Shown here piece by piece: positions 41,216-51,190 of a stretch of DNA of 64,000 nucleotides. The stretch lies in the NCBI GenBank assembly GCA_965219575.1, contig OZ244779.1, forward strand, positions 1,068,769 to 1,132,768, given 5' to 3'. The stretch is from Candidatus Oxydemutatoraceae bacterium (GTDB taxonomy: Bacteria > Pseudomonadota > Gammaproteobacteria > Poriferisulfidales > Oxydemutatoraceae). The position numbers and the translations under genes are program-made. How positions within the stretch are numbered: the stretch's first letter is position 1; every line of letters begins with the position of its first letter. The notes under the pieces were generated by a model, which was not told the DNA's origin, did not search any database, and saw only the letters and a list, made by a program, of their open reading frames with translations.

Positions 41216-41832
41216 TATCATTACATCCATAATTAAACAAGGATAAAATTATTATATCCACCAAAGCTCAACCGTCTTTGCAAAAATTTCCACGAACCGT
41301 AGGGGCGGACATCAAAATTGCCGATTGACCTACTGGCTCAATCGGCGGCTCTGTTCTGCCCGTAGCGCGTTGGTCGGCACGATTTATACATTCATCCACC
41401 CGATTTATGGAAACCAAAACCATACGGCGCAAGCGGTTGCAATTGTGCGAAACGGCACTTTTTCAACAGCCCCACATTTCTACTTTGGGTTGACACATAT
41501 TTCTCTATCATTACATCCATAATTAAACAAGGATAAAATTATTATATCCGCCCAAGCCCAACCGTCTTTGCAAAAATTTCCACGAACCGTAGGGGCGGAC
41601 TAACATGTCCGCCCGTAGCGCGTTGGTCGGCACGATTTATACATTCATCCACCCGATTTATGGAAACCAAAACCATACGGGCAAGCGGTTGCAATTGTGC
41701 GAAACGGCACTTTTTCAACAGCCCCACATTTCTACTTTGGGTTGACACATATTTCTCTATCATTACATCTATAATTAAACAAGGATAAAATTATTATATC
41801 CGCCCAAGCCCAACCGTCTTTGCAAAAATTTC
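41216..41832. repeat. Tandem duplication (units of 290 and 252 bp plus a partial third) containing REP, right IR and an orphan IS end
   Basis: tatcattacatc anchor at 41216, 41506, 41758; REP filled at 41299-41361 and empty at 41589-41614. Confidence 0.93.
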
Positions 41833-41904
41833 TTATAAAAAGATGTCGCGTGCTTCAATAGGACCGGCAACAGGCTATAATATGCCCGAAGGAATATTGA
41901 AAAT

Positions 41905-42780
41905 ATGGAAATTCAAGTAAAAGCAATAGTATCCAAAATAATACTCGTTTCTCTTTTTATAGTGTCCGTATTACCGTTATCGGGTTGCGGGGATAGCATT
42001 TTTGAGGCGATTGCATTTGCGCCGGCGAGGCAACTGGCGGACGATGTATCGGTGTGTCGATATTTTAATCGGGTCGAAGACCGAAATTGCGAGGATACCG
42101 AATTCGAAGAATTATTTTTTCAGTCGCTCGACCCCAAGGTCAGATTGCACGCATTATTCTTCCCTAATCCCGATACGCGCAAACTCGTCGTCTATTTCCA
42201 CGGCAACGGCGCGCATATTTATTGGCGTTTGTCGCATAGCCTAAAATTGGCCGAACTTGCCAATGTTTTTATCGTGAGTTATAGAGGCTATAGTAAAAGT
42301 AGCGGAGAACCCTCCGAGGCGGGTGTTTATGAAGATGCGATTGCTACATTAAAATACACATCCGAACAGCTGGGTTTTGCGACTACACAGACTTATATCT
42401 TCGGGCGATCCTTGGGGAGTGCGGTGGCGATAGGGGCTTTGGACAGCTTGGTATCCGATAACGATTACGGCGGCTTGATTTTAGTTTCCCCGTTTTATAG
42501 CGGCTTAAGAATGGCCGAAGACAAAGGTTTGGGCTGGGTTCCGGGGTTGAACAATCCCTTTGACTCGGCATCTAAAGTTCGTAATTTCACTATGCCGTTG
42601 CTCGTTATACACGGCACCGAGGATAACATTATTCCATTCGAACACGGCTATGATTTATATCGACAATATCCGGTAGACGACAAGGTGTTTCGGACGGTAC
42701 ACGGTGTCGGGCACCACGGCATCAGTCGCCGCGCCGGCGAAGACTACTGGCGATGGATCGGCGATCTAGTCGCACGATAA
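41905..42780 (+). CDS. Alpha/beta hydrolase, probable lipoprotein
   Basis: LSGC lipobox, YFHGNG, YRGY, GRSLG, IHGTED, C-terminal His. Confidence 0.88.
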   Translation: MEIQVKAIVSKIILVSLFIVSVLPLSGCGDSIFEAIAFAPARQLADDVSVCRYFNRVEDRNCEDTEFEELFFQSLDPKVRLHALFFPNPDTRKLVVYFHGNGAHIYWRLSHSLKLAELANVFIVSYRGYSKSSGEPSEAGVYEDAIATLKYTSEQLGFATTQTYIFGRSLGSAVAIGALDSLVSDNDYGGLILVSPFYSGLRMAEDKGLGWVPGLNNPFDSASKVRNFTMPLLVIHGTEDNIIPFEHGYDLYRQYPVDDKVFRTVHGVGHHGISRRAGEDYWRWIGDLVAR

Positions 42781-42815
42781 ATATCCAAAATTTCACTAAT
42801 TAAAAGGAGCTTGTC

Positions 42816-43541
42816 ATGAGCAATACCATTCCTAATATCTCGTTATTCAACTTGGCGTTGAGTTTTATTCCGATGCTGGTCAGCGTGATTATATTCTATT
42901 GGTGGTCTGTAGGAATACGCACGACTTTATACGCATTCAGTCGGATGCTTCTCCAACTGATATTGGTCGGTTATCTATTGACTTATCTGTTCGCTGCCGA
43001 GCACGACATTATTCTTATCGTAGTATTGTGTGTGATGATACTGGTGTCGGCGTGGATTTCTCTGCGTCCTTTGGCACACAAAAACTTCCAACTTTATCTT
43101 AAATCTTTATCGGCAATCGCATTGAGCGGCACCCTGATTTTATTTTTCACGCTGGAGTTCGTTTTGGATCTCGAGCGTTGGTTGACACCGAATTATTTAA
43201 TTCCACTGGCCGGTATGATTTATGCAAATGCGATGAATTCGGTAAGCCTTGCCGCCGAACGATTTGATACCGAGATAAAAAACAATGTCGGTTATATCGA
43301 TGCGCGTAAAACCGCATTGCAGACCTCGCTGATACCGTCGCTCAATTTATTTTTTGCAGTAGGTTTAGTTTCTCTGCCGGGAATGATGACCGGTCAAATA
43401 CTCGCCGGTGTCTCTCCGCTAATAGCCGTCCGCTATCAAATCGTCATTATGAGTATAATTTTTGCCGCCGGTGCCGTTTCGGTATTCTTTTATTTATTGC
43501 AGATGAGAGAACCACCGATTGAACTTGTAGGGGCGGACTAA
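42816..43541 (+). CDS. UPF0014/FetB-type ABC transporter permease
   Basis: RMLLQLILVGY, IPLAGMI, GLVSLPGMMTGQIL.G..P..A.RYQI. Confidence 0.88.
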   Translation: MSNTIPNISLFNLALSFIPMLVSVIIFYWWSVGIRTTLYAFSRMLLQLILVGYLLTYLFAAEHDIILIVVLCVMILVSAWISLRPLAHKNFQLYLKSLSAIALSGTLILFFTLEFVLDLERWLTPNYLIPLAGMIYANAMNSVSLAAERFDTEIKNNVGYIDARKTALQTSLIPSLNLFFAVGLVSLPGMMTGQILAGVSPLIAVRYQIVIMSIIFAAGAVSVFFYLLQMREPPIELVGAD

Positions 43542-43985
43542 CATGTCCGCCCTTAAGTACCGTTCTGCACGACACCAACCGCTTGCGCCAACAAATAATG
43601 GTTTCCATAATATTAATGGGTAAACGCGTTAATCGTGCAAACATGATACGTGGGGCTGTTGAAAAAGTGCGGGCATTGCACAAACCTAACCGCTGTGCGC
43701 CGTGAATATTCGCAAACCGCCGTAGGGGCGGACTTATATAAATTGCCGATTGACCTACTGGCTCAATCGGCGGCTCTGTTCTGCCCGTAACGTTGACCGG
43801 CATGATTTATACATTCATTCATCCAATTTATGGAAACCAAAACCAAATGGCGCAAGCGGTTGAGTTTGTACAGAACAGTACTTAAGGGCAGACATGTTAG
43901 TCTGCCCCTACAACTCGGTGGTTATCGTAAATTCAATGGCGCAAGCGGTTACGATCGTGTAAAACGATATTTTTTCAACAACCCA
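43510..43985. repeat. Composite repeat locus with three REPs
   Basis: REPs at 43527-43552, 43722-43786 (insert), 43886-43911; IRs at 43652 and ~43984. Confidence 0.9.
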
Positions 43986-43991
43986 AGTATC

Positions 43992-44669
43992 TTATTGGGT
44001 GTGCGCCACATGCGACACCAGCGTGCCGGTGTAGATGGCATTCGCGGTTAACGCACCGGCAATACCTATCTCGGATAATGTATTCAAGTCGCCCCGGTCT
44101 CGTATACCTCCGCCGGCATAAATCTCTCCCCGATAGCGGCTGCGCAACTGTTTTAAGCAAGCGATATCGGCACCGCCTCGGCTACCGATGCGATCTAGGA
44201 ACAAAACGATAATGCGCAACGGCCAGTAGCGTATTTGTGTTAAGACATTGTGTCCGATCAACCGCCCATTCTTAAAATCCAACGACAAAATGTAGCGTTC
44301 ACTGACAAAGCGATCCAAGTCTTCGGTTAAGGTTTCGGTGCCTACGACCTTGACTACCGCTTGAGGTACCTCCAACGATCTAAACCGAGCATAATTGCCG
44401 ATTCCCGCATCCAGCCAAAATTCAATCTCGGGAAATTGTTTGCATAAATCGGAAATTAGATTATGATGATTGCCTTGTTTGTTAATCGCATCTAGATCTG
44501 CTAGATATATAATATCGGTGTCTAATAATTTTAATAGGGTTTGTATTACTTTAACGGCGGAAGCATTCGGAAAAAGTTTGCTATGCAACGGGCGATATTT
44601 TTGACGTACTCCGCCTTGTGCTTGAACTACTACACCGCCCATTAAATCTATTGCAGGTATTAGTTTCAT
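43992..44669 (-). CDS. HisA/HisF-related TIM-barrel protein (H4MPT/methanofuran cluster Orf17-like)
   Basis: IPAIDLMGGVVV, G.R..Y.P, YLADLDAI, WLDAG, GGGIR; cluster context. Confidence 0.8.
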   Translation of the reverse strand: MKLIPAIDLMGGVVVQAQGGVRQKYRPLHSKLFPNASAVKVIQTLLKLLDTDIIYLADLDAINKQGNHHNLISDLCKQFPEIEFWLDAGIGNYARFRSLEVPQAVVKVVGTETLTEDLDRFVSERYILSLDFKNGRLIGHNVLTQIRYWPLRIIVLFLDRIGSRGGADIACLKQLRSRYRGEIYAGGGIRDRGDLNTLSEIGIAGALTANAIYTGTLVSHVAHTQ

Positions 44670-44687
44670 CGTTGAAAATATAAGGTC

Positions 44688-45668
44688 ATGAGAGTAGTCA
44701 TATTCGAGTATACCAGTAGCGGCATCTGTAAACCCGAGTTATTATATCCCGACCTAATCAAGGAGGCGGATTTAATGGTCAACGAGCTGGGGCAGAGGAT
44801 GAGAGAAGCAGGCTGCGATTTAGTGCTATTTCGTAGCCCGTCGTTGCCGCCGCCGTTATTCGAAGCCGAGATTATACCGCTCGACGGGACCGATGATTGG
44901 CATGCTATCTTGGAAGACGAACTTCACAAGGCGGATGCCTATATACCGCTTGCCCCGGAAAGCGATGCTTTGCTGGAGAATTTGTGCCTCAAAGCGGAAC
45001 AAACACACTGCACTTTATTGAATACATCGGCGCACACGGTACGCGAGACCTCCGATAAACACTATACCTTGAAACGATTGGCAGAGCATGGTGTTCCTTG
45101 CATCGGTTGTTACCACATAGACCAATGTACTTTCCCGATGTCCGAAGATTGGGTTATCAAGCCGAATAACGGCTTCGCTTGCGAGCATACTTTTTTGATA
45201 CGCGCCGGCGATATGCCGACCTCGGAACAAAGGCAGCATGCACAAATATGCCAACCTTATATGCAAGGCACGAATGCCAGTTTGAGCGTAATCTATGCCC
45301 TCGATTCCAAGCCGTGTATTTTAGGTGTCAACCACCAAGAAATCACCGTAGGAGAGCAGGATTGTTTTCAGTTGGCTACTTGTCATGTCAATGCGCTTGC
45401 ACATCTGGAACTAGATTTTGAAGGTCTCGCTGCCGATGTGCAGAAATGTTTTACCGGTTTGCTCGGCCATGTAGGTATCGATATTATCATTCATGACGAC
45501 ACACCCTATGTACTGGAGATTAACCCGCGCCTGACGACTTCTTTTGCCGGTCTTGCCAAGACCACCGGTGTCAATCCGTGTGCGATGCTACTGGCAGCTG
45601 TTTGTGGTGAGCCACTGCCGTGTCCCAAGCGAAGCGAGTTCACCGACTATAAAGTCGGTATCACTTAA
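44688..45668 (+). CDS. ATP-grasp protein, MfnD (tyramine-glutamate ligase)-like
   Basis: VIFEY, LAPESD, SDK, VIKP, GHVGID, LEINPRLTTS. Confidence 0.8.
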   Translation: MRVVIFEYTSSGICKPELLYPDLIKEADLMVNELGQRMREAGCDLVLFRSPSLPPPLFEAEIIPLDGTDDWHAILEDELHKADAYIPLAPESDALLENLCLKAEQTHCTLLNTSAHTVRETSDKHYTLKRLAEHGVPCIGCYHIDQCTFPMSEDWVIKPNNGFACEHTFLIRAGDMPTSEQRQHAQICQPYMQGTNASLSVIYALDSKPCILGVNHQEITVGEQDCFQLATCHVNALAHLELDFEGLAADVQKCFTGLLGHVGIDIIIHDDTPYVLEINPRLTTSFAGLAKTTGVNPCAMLLAAVCGEPLPCPKRSEFTDYKVGIT

Positions 45669-45669
45669 A

Positions 45670-45903
45670 TGCCGTTATGCACAACATCAACCGTTCTGCG
45701 CCAATAAATAATGGCTTCCATGATATTAATGGGCGAATGCATCAATCGTGCAAATATGATGCATCTCGGGCGGACATCATTAAATTGCCGATTGACCTGC
45801 CGGTTCAATCGGCGGCTCTATACTGCCCCTACGGGTGGTTTGCGTAATTAGGTGGCGCACAGCAATTGGATCTGCACGATGCCAGTACTTCTTCAACAGC
45901 CCC
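45670..45903. repeat. Partial composite repeat (reverse REP with hairpin insert, right IR)
   Basis: REP 45768-45832; cttcaacagcccc ends 2 bp before the next ATG. Confidence 0.85.
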
Positions 45904-45905
45904 AA

Positions 45906-46979
45906 ATGACCAAAGCCGATATATGCGCCGAGCCACAGAATTATATAGGGTGGGATATAGGGGGCGCGCACTTGAAGGTGGCACGGTTATCACTCGATGC
46001 CGGTGTAGAAGCGGTGCTACAAATCGCATGCCCTTTGTGGCAGGGTATCGATGAACTGGAACGGGCATACCAAGAGGCATGCAGAGAGATGTCTATTTCA
46101 AGCAGTATCACCGATCCTATCCACATCGTTACGATGACCGGTGAATTAGCCGATAGTTTCAGCGATAGAAAGCAGGGCGTATATCGCATCTTAGATGCCA
46201 TGTATCGTTTATTAGGGCAACCTTATAAGGTCTATGCAAGTGATAAAGGTATGTTGAGTCATGACGGCGTATCCGATATAGAGTCGGTTGCATCCCGAAA
46301 CTGGCAAGCGACTGCCGAATGGCTTGCGATGAATTGTGAAGAAGGCATATTGGTGGATATGGGTAGCACGACAACCGATTTAGTGCCTTTTAAGCACGGG
46401 TTTATAAAAGTTCAAGGTTATGACGATGCGATGCGGATGCGACACGGAGAATTAATCTATACCGGCATCAGTAGAACGCCGATCATGGCAATTTCGGATC
46501 ATTTCAATATAGATAGCGTTAATTATCCGATTATAGCAGAAAATTTTTCGACAATCGCAGATGTTTACCGAATTTTAGGACAATTATCCGAAAATGATGA
46601 CTTATATCCCACCTGTGATAATACTGCTAAAACAGTCTCGGCAAGTGCGAGGCGCTTAGAGAGAATGTTTGGTATTGACTGGGCAGGGGATTTGGATGCG
46701 ACGCATGTTAAAGCCCGAGCGATTGCCGAGGCACAGCAGCAAAAAATTAGTTGCGCGCTTGACACTTTGATAAGGAAAACCCGGTTATCCGACGGTGCTT
46801 ATGTTATCGGTGCGGGTTCGGGATATAAGATAGTACAATGTATTGCCGAGCGTTTAGGACTACACTTTATGCCGTATCATCGTTTGCTGGACAATTTGCC
46901 CGAACATCTAGAAGATGTCGTATGCCGTTGTGCGAGTGCCGTGAGTGTTGCAAGCCTGGCGCACCGAAAGCACCTATAA
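45906..46979 (+). CDS. Hydantoinase/oxoprolinase-family H4MPT-linked protein (MfnF/Orf9-like)
   Basis: GWDIGGAHLK, CPLWQG, TMTGELAD, DMGSTTTD, GELIYTG..RTP. Confidence 0.85.
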   Translation: MTKADICAEPQNYIGWDIGGAHLKVARLSLDAGVEAVLQIACPLWQGIDELERAYQEACREMSISSSITDPIHIVTMTGELADSFSDRKQGVYRILDAMYRLLGQPYKVYASDKGMLSHDGVSDIESVASRNWQATAEWLAMNCEEGILVDMGSTTTDLVPFKHGFIKVQGYDDAMRMRHGELIYTGISRTPIMAISDHFNIDSVNYPIIAENFSTIADVYRILGQLSENDDLYPTCDNTAKTVSASARRLERMFGIDWAGDLDATHVKARAIAEAQQQKISCALDTLIRKTRLSDGAYVIGAGSGYKIVQCIAERLGLHFMPYHRLLDNLPEHLEDVVCRCASAVSVASLAHRKHL

Positions 46980-46983
46980 AGAT

Positions 46984-48366
46984 ATGACTAAGTTATGGAT
47001 CAAGGATTTGGCTTATGCGAGCGACAGCGCGCGACTATTTGATTGTTTGAAAGGACAGCCGGGTGCGGTATTTTTGGATAGTGGAAGCCGTCGTCGGGAT
47101 GCACGCTACGATGTTCTGACGGCGTGTCCTTCGCGCCTCATACGTAGCAAAGACGGCATCACGACCGTTGAATATGCCGATGGACACTCTCAACGCTATA
47201 CCGAAGATCCCTTTGAGGTCGTGCGCACACAACTCACTTTTGATGAAATACAAAGCGATACCGAACTGCCTTTTCATGGTGGTGCGATCGGTTATTTCGG
47301 ATACGATTTGGGTCGTCGGATAGAAAAGTTGCCGCACTATGCAAGCGACTCCGATAGGCTTCCGGAGCTGATGCTCGGGATATACGATTGGGCGATTGTC
47401 AACGACCATCTACGCAAGCGAACTTGTTTAATCGCATATCCGAGTGATCAATTCGGCACAAAGGACTTTAGTCGGTGGGAGGAATTGTTAAATCAAGCCC
47501 CGCACCCTGCGCAAAAATTTGTTTGCAAACAGTTGGGTGCGTTACAATCTAATATGGATCGTGCGACCTACATCAAGTGTTTCAACGCGGTAAAAGAGCA
47601 TATTTATCAGGGCAATTGCTACCAAATCAATCTGGCACAGAGATTTGCCATGTCGATGGAGTGCGATGCGTGGCAGCTGTATTGCCGTTTGCGCTCGATC
47701 AATTCCGCTCCGTACTCGGCGTATTTAGATTTCGGGCAATTTCAGGTTTTGAGCATTTCTCCGGAACAATTTCTACATTTGCACGAGGGTTATGTCGAGA
47801 CCAGTCCTATTAAAGGCACCCGCCCGCGGCATCATGACCCCGACCAAGATAATAGGCAAGTCGAAGCGTTGTCCAACAGTGCTAAAGATCAAGCCGAGAA
47901 CCTGATGATCGTAGATTTATTACGCAACGATTTCGGTAAAAGTTGTAGTCCGGGTTCTATCACTGCCAAACACTTATTTAATGTCGAGAGTTTCGATAAT
48001 GTGCACCATCTGGTCAGCACGGTCTGCGGAAAGCTCGATAAAAACAAAGATGCTTTGCATTTGTTGAAGGATTGTTTTCCCGGTGGTTCTATCACCGGCG
48101 CACCGAAGCTACGGGCGATGGAAATTATAGAGGAATTAGAACCGCATCGGCGCGGCGTATATTGCGGCTCTATAGGATACTTGAGCCGTAACGGCGATAT
48201 GATGCTCAATATTGCGATCCGCACTGCGATATATCAAAATCGGCAATTCGTGTTTTACGGCGGCGGTGGCATTGTTGCAGACTCCGATGCCGATTTGGAA
48301 TATCAGGAAACGATTGACAAGGTGTCGTCTATGACCGACTTGTTAAAAGAAGCCGCAAACGAATGA
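46984..48366 (+). CDS. pabB: Aminodeoxychorismate synthase component I
   Basis: FLDSG, LPFHGGAIGYFGYDLG, YQINL, PIKGT, ENLMIVDLLRND, FPGGSITGAPK. Confidence 0.93.
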   Translation: MTKLWIKDLAYASDSARLFDCLKGQPGAVFLDSGSRRRDARYDVLTACPSRLIRSKDGITTVEYADGHSQRYTEDPFEVVRTQLTFDEIQSDTELPFHGGAIGYFGYDLGRRIEKLPHYASDSDRLPELMLGIYDWAIVNDHLRKRTCLIAYPSDQFGTKDFSRWEELLNQAPHPAQKFVCKQLGALQSNMDRATYIKCFNAVKEHIYQGNCYQINLAQRFAMSMECDAWQLYCRLRSINSAPYSAYLDFGQFQVLSISPEQFLHLHEGYVETSPIKGTRPRHHDPDQDNRQVEALSNSAKDQAENLMIVDLLRNDFGKSCSPGSITAKHLFNVESFDNVHHLVSTVCGKLDKNKDALHLLKDCFPGGSITGAPKLRAMEIIEELEPHRRGVYCGSIGYLSRNGDMMLNIAIRTAIYQNRQFVFYGGGGIVADSDADLEYQETIDKVSSMTDLLKEAANE

Positions 48367-48935
48367 AATGGGTATTGAAGATCGGCGGCAGCTTGTATAA
48401 GCATACCGAGTTGGCGGATGTGCTGGCACAAGCAAAACATCTCTCCCGAGCCTCGGCAAGATGCACGATCGTACCGGGTGGTGGTCCGTTCGCCGACCAA
48501 GTTCGGGCAGCCGCTAAACAGTGGCACTTAGACGAGCAAACCGCACACCGAATGGCCATATTGGGAATGCGTCAATACGGCAGATTATTGGCAAGTCTAT
48601 CACGATTGCCGGTATATTATTCGGATGAACAAGGCGGCGAACGTTGTGCGATATGGTTGCCGACGGACCGCCCGACACCGACATGTCTGGCTAAAATTCC
48701 CCATCGGCAACTGGATTGGGACTTTACTTCGGACTCAATCGCAATTTGCATGGCGGATTATATCGGTGCCGAATATCTGGTTTTGGTAAAAGCAATTTCC
48801 ATCGATCAGGCAGGTTCTCTGACAAAATTGGTAGACAAACGTTTCGTCGGTTTGATGTACGATAGAGCGGTGAAAGTTATTTGCCTATCGGTGGCAGAGT
48901 GGCTGCAAAAGAATACCGCAGCATTGTTCTCCTAA
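48363..48935 (+). CDS. Amino-acid-kinase-fold protein (MfnE/Orf21-like)
   Basis: VLKIGGSL, VPGGGPFADQVR, AHRMAI..M.QYG, WDFTSDSIA. Confidence 0.82.
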   Translation: MKWVLKIGGSLYKHTELADVLAQAKHLSRASARCTIVPGGGPFADQVRAAAKQWHLDEQTAHRMAILGMRQYGRLLASLSRLPVYYSDEQGGERCAIWLPTDRPTPTCLAKIPHRQLDWDFTSDSIAICMADYIGAEYLVLVKAISIDQAGSLTKLVDKRFVGLMYDRAVKVICLSVAEWLQKNTAALFS

Positions 48936-48988
48936 AAGCTAAACCTATTTCTCTCTTCGCATCCAATTCGCGATAACCATTTGTCGGC

Positions 48989-49040
48989 TAGAATAATTTT
49001 CTACTTGCATATTTCATACAATAAGGGATAATTCCCTTGT
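48989..49040 (+). promoter_or_regulatory. Putative sigma70 promoter with overlapping palindromic operator
   Basis: ttgcat (49005)-16 nt-gataat (49027); palindromes aaggga-taat-tccctt (49023-49038) and tagaa-taatt-ttcta; no SD before ATG 49042. Confidence 0.4.
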
Positions 49041-49516
49041 TATGAATAAACGTATTTCAAGCGCAGACCTCTTAAAAATTATAGATCGTGCGCTTGATGA
49101 ACAAGGTATCTCTGCCCGCCAAGCCTCTATTCTTGCCACCGGCACTCCCGAACTTATTCGCAATATGCGTCGGGGGCGTGTGCCTTCGGTGGAGAGATTC
49201 TACGCTTTATGCGATACCCTAGACCTAGAGTTTTATGTAGGTCCCAGATACCATCGAAAATCACCTTCGGTTCGTGCCGTTAGCGAAAGAAAAACCATGT
49301 CCGATATGCTCGAAGAGATAATATCTCGATTACCTCCTCGTAAAATCCTGCAGCAAACATCGAAGCCCGACAAATCATATAAAGACTCAAAATTAGGTAG
49401 TGCGTATCGGATTCCTGTTTGTAAGCGCAAAGTAGTAATGTCACCTTTCGCCAAAGTAGAAATGTCACCTTTAGGGGACAATAAAGCATTTTTAACCCAG
49501 CTTAGGAGAAGATGCA

Positions 49517-50826
49517 ATGAACGAAGGAACTTACTCTATGTCAGACAAAGAAATAGAACGCCACCATGTCCTCAAGCGATGCTTGGAGGAAAAATTACCG
49601 AGAGCCAAGGCCGCACAGATGCTCAACATCAGCGTCCGCCATGTGAAGCGATTATTAAGTGCCTATCGCAAGCAAGATATCAAGGCACTGATATCTAAAC
49701 GACGCGGTAAGCCTTCAAACAATAAAATACCGGAGACAATCAAACAACTAGCCGTTAAGCTCATTCGTGAGAACTATCACGATTTCGGACCGACTTTTGC
49801 ACATGAGCAGTTGTTTGAATGTCATGGGCATTTATTTGACCGCTCATTCAGCGTTGAAACCTTGCGCAAGTGGATGATTGCAGAGGGGCTACACCAGGGT
49901 AAGCGACGCAATGCAATCAAAACGCATCAAAGCCGTCCCAGACAAACTGGCTTCGGCAAACTCATACAGATTGACGGTTCGACCCACGATTGGTTTGAAG
50001 GGCGAGGCGACCCCTGCACGCTCATTATATTTATTGACGATGCCACCTCACAGATTACCGCATTGCATTTCTGTGCTGCCGAGACCACCTTTGATTATAT
50101 GCGAACACTCAAACAGCATATCCAACGCCATGGCTGCCCGTTGTGCCTGTATTCCGACCGCCATAGCATCTTTAGCAACAATGCCAAAGAGCAACACATC
50201 TTTCAACAACCGACCCAGTTCCAAAGTGCTTTGCAACAAATGGAAATTGAACTATGCCTGGCACGCACACCGCAAGCTAAAGGACGCGTTGAACGCGCAT
50301 TCAAAACCCTGCAAGACCGATGGGTCAAACTCATGAGGCTTCACAACATCTGCTCTATTGAGGAAGCTAACCAGTTTGCTCAATGGTATCTCCCAAAACA
50401 CAATCAGCAGTTCGCCACGAAGCCTCTAGACAGCCACGACTATCATCGCAAAATGCCTCTCACCCAGCGAGAATTAGCACTGGCTTTGTCTAAACAGAGT
50501 ACTAGAAAGTTATCGAAAAACCTCATCTGTCAGCATCATAATATACAGTATCTTATCAAAACCAAGAAACCCGGTTATGCGATGCGTGGCGCATCGGTCA
50601 CCGTGTGCGAGCTACTCAATGGCGAGATTGTCATACTCTACAAAGGGCGGGAGTTGGCGCATGATATCTACTGCGAACACCCCCACTGTCTCAACCGTAC
50701 AACGACAAAACAATCAATCTAGCGGTAGATGAGATTGTGGCAAAACACCGTCGCGGTCATAAGCCGAAGCCGACCCACCCGTGGAGACGCTACAATAAGG
50801 ATTATCTCAGTGCCAAGCAGAAGTAA
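49517..50826 (+). pseudogene. DDE transposase with frameshift near C-terminus
   Basis: QIDGSTHDWFEGRG, IDDATS, YSDRHSIF, AKGRVER; tail NDKTIN..KPKPTHPWRR is in another frame after the C5 run at 50680-50684. Confidence 0.85.
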
Positions 50827-50931
50827 TCAGAACCGGTGTTTTCCCAGACTTACGCACAGGCTGTCTAACATGCCTGTGCCACTGCAAACGCATCATTCGT
50901 CAAACCACGAGATAGCAACCGAGCACCACAC

Positions 50932-51190
50932 ACGCTCTAAAATGCTTGGGAATTGGAAGGTAGTAGAGTTCATCTCAACTAGAGATCGTCTCTTAACGGC
51001 ACGCTATAGAGCTTGTTTTTTAGTCGGCAAGCCTGATTTAGGCAAAAACAAGCACTGGCACCGCATACGCTCTAAAATGCTTGGAAATTGGAAGGTAGTA
51101 GAGTTCATCTCAACTAGAGATCGTCTCTTAACGGCACGCTATGGGGCTTGTTTTTTAGTCGGCAAGCCTGATTTAGGCAAAAACAAGCAG
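50932..51190. repeat. 135-bp tandem duplication inside the IS 3' non-coding region
   Basis: acgctctaaaatgcttgg at 50932 and 51067. Confidence 0.95.

Noticed and set aside
41325-41522. Short ORFs such as MTYWLNRRL..., ...IYGNQN... and MHFAMHAF... (also 32297, 53436, 55016, 62844)
   Set aside because: They are translations of the repeat modules, with inconsistent frames and no RBS
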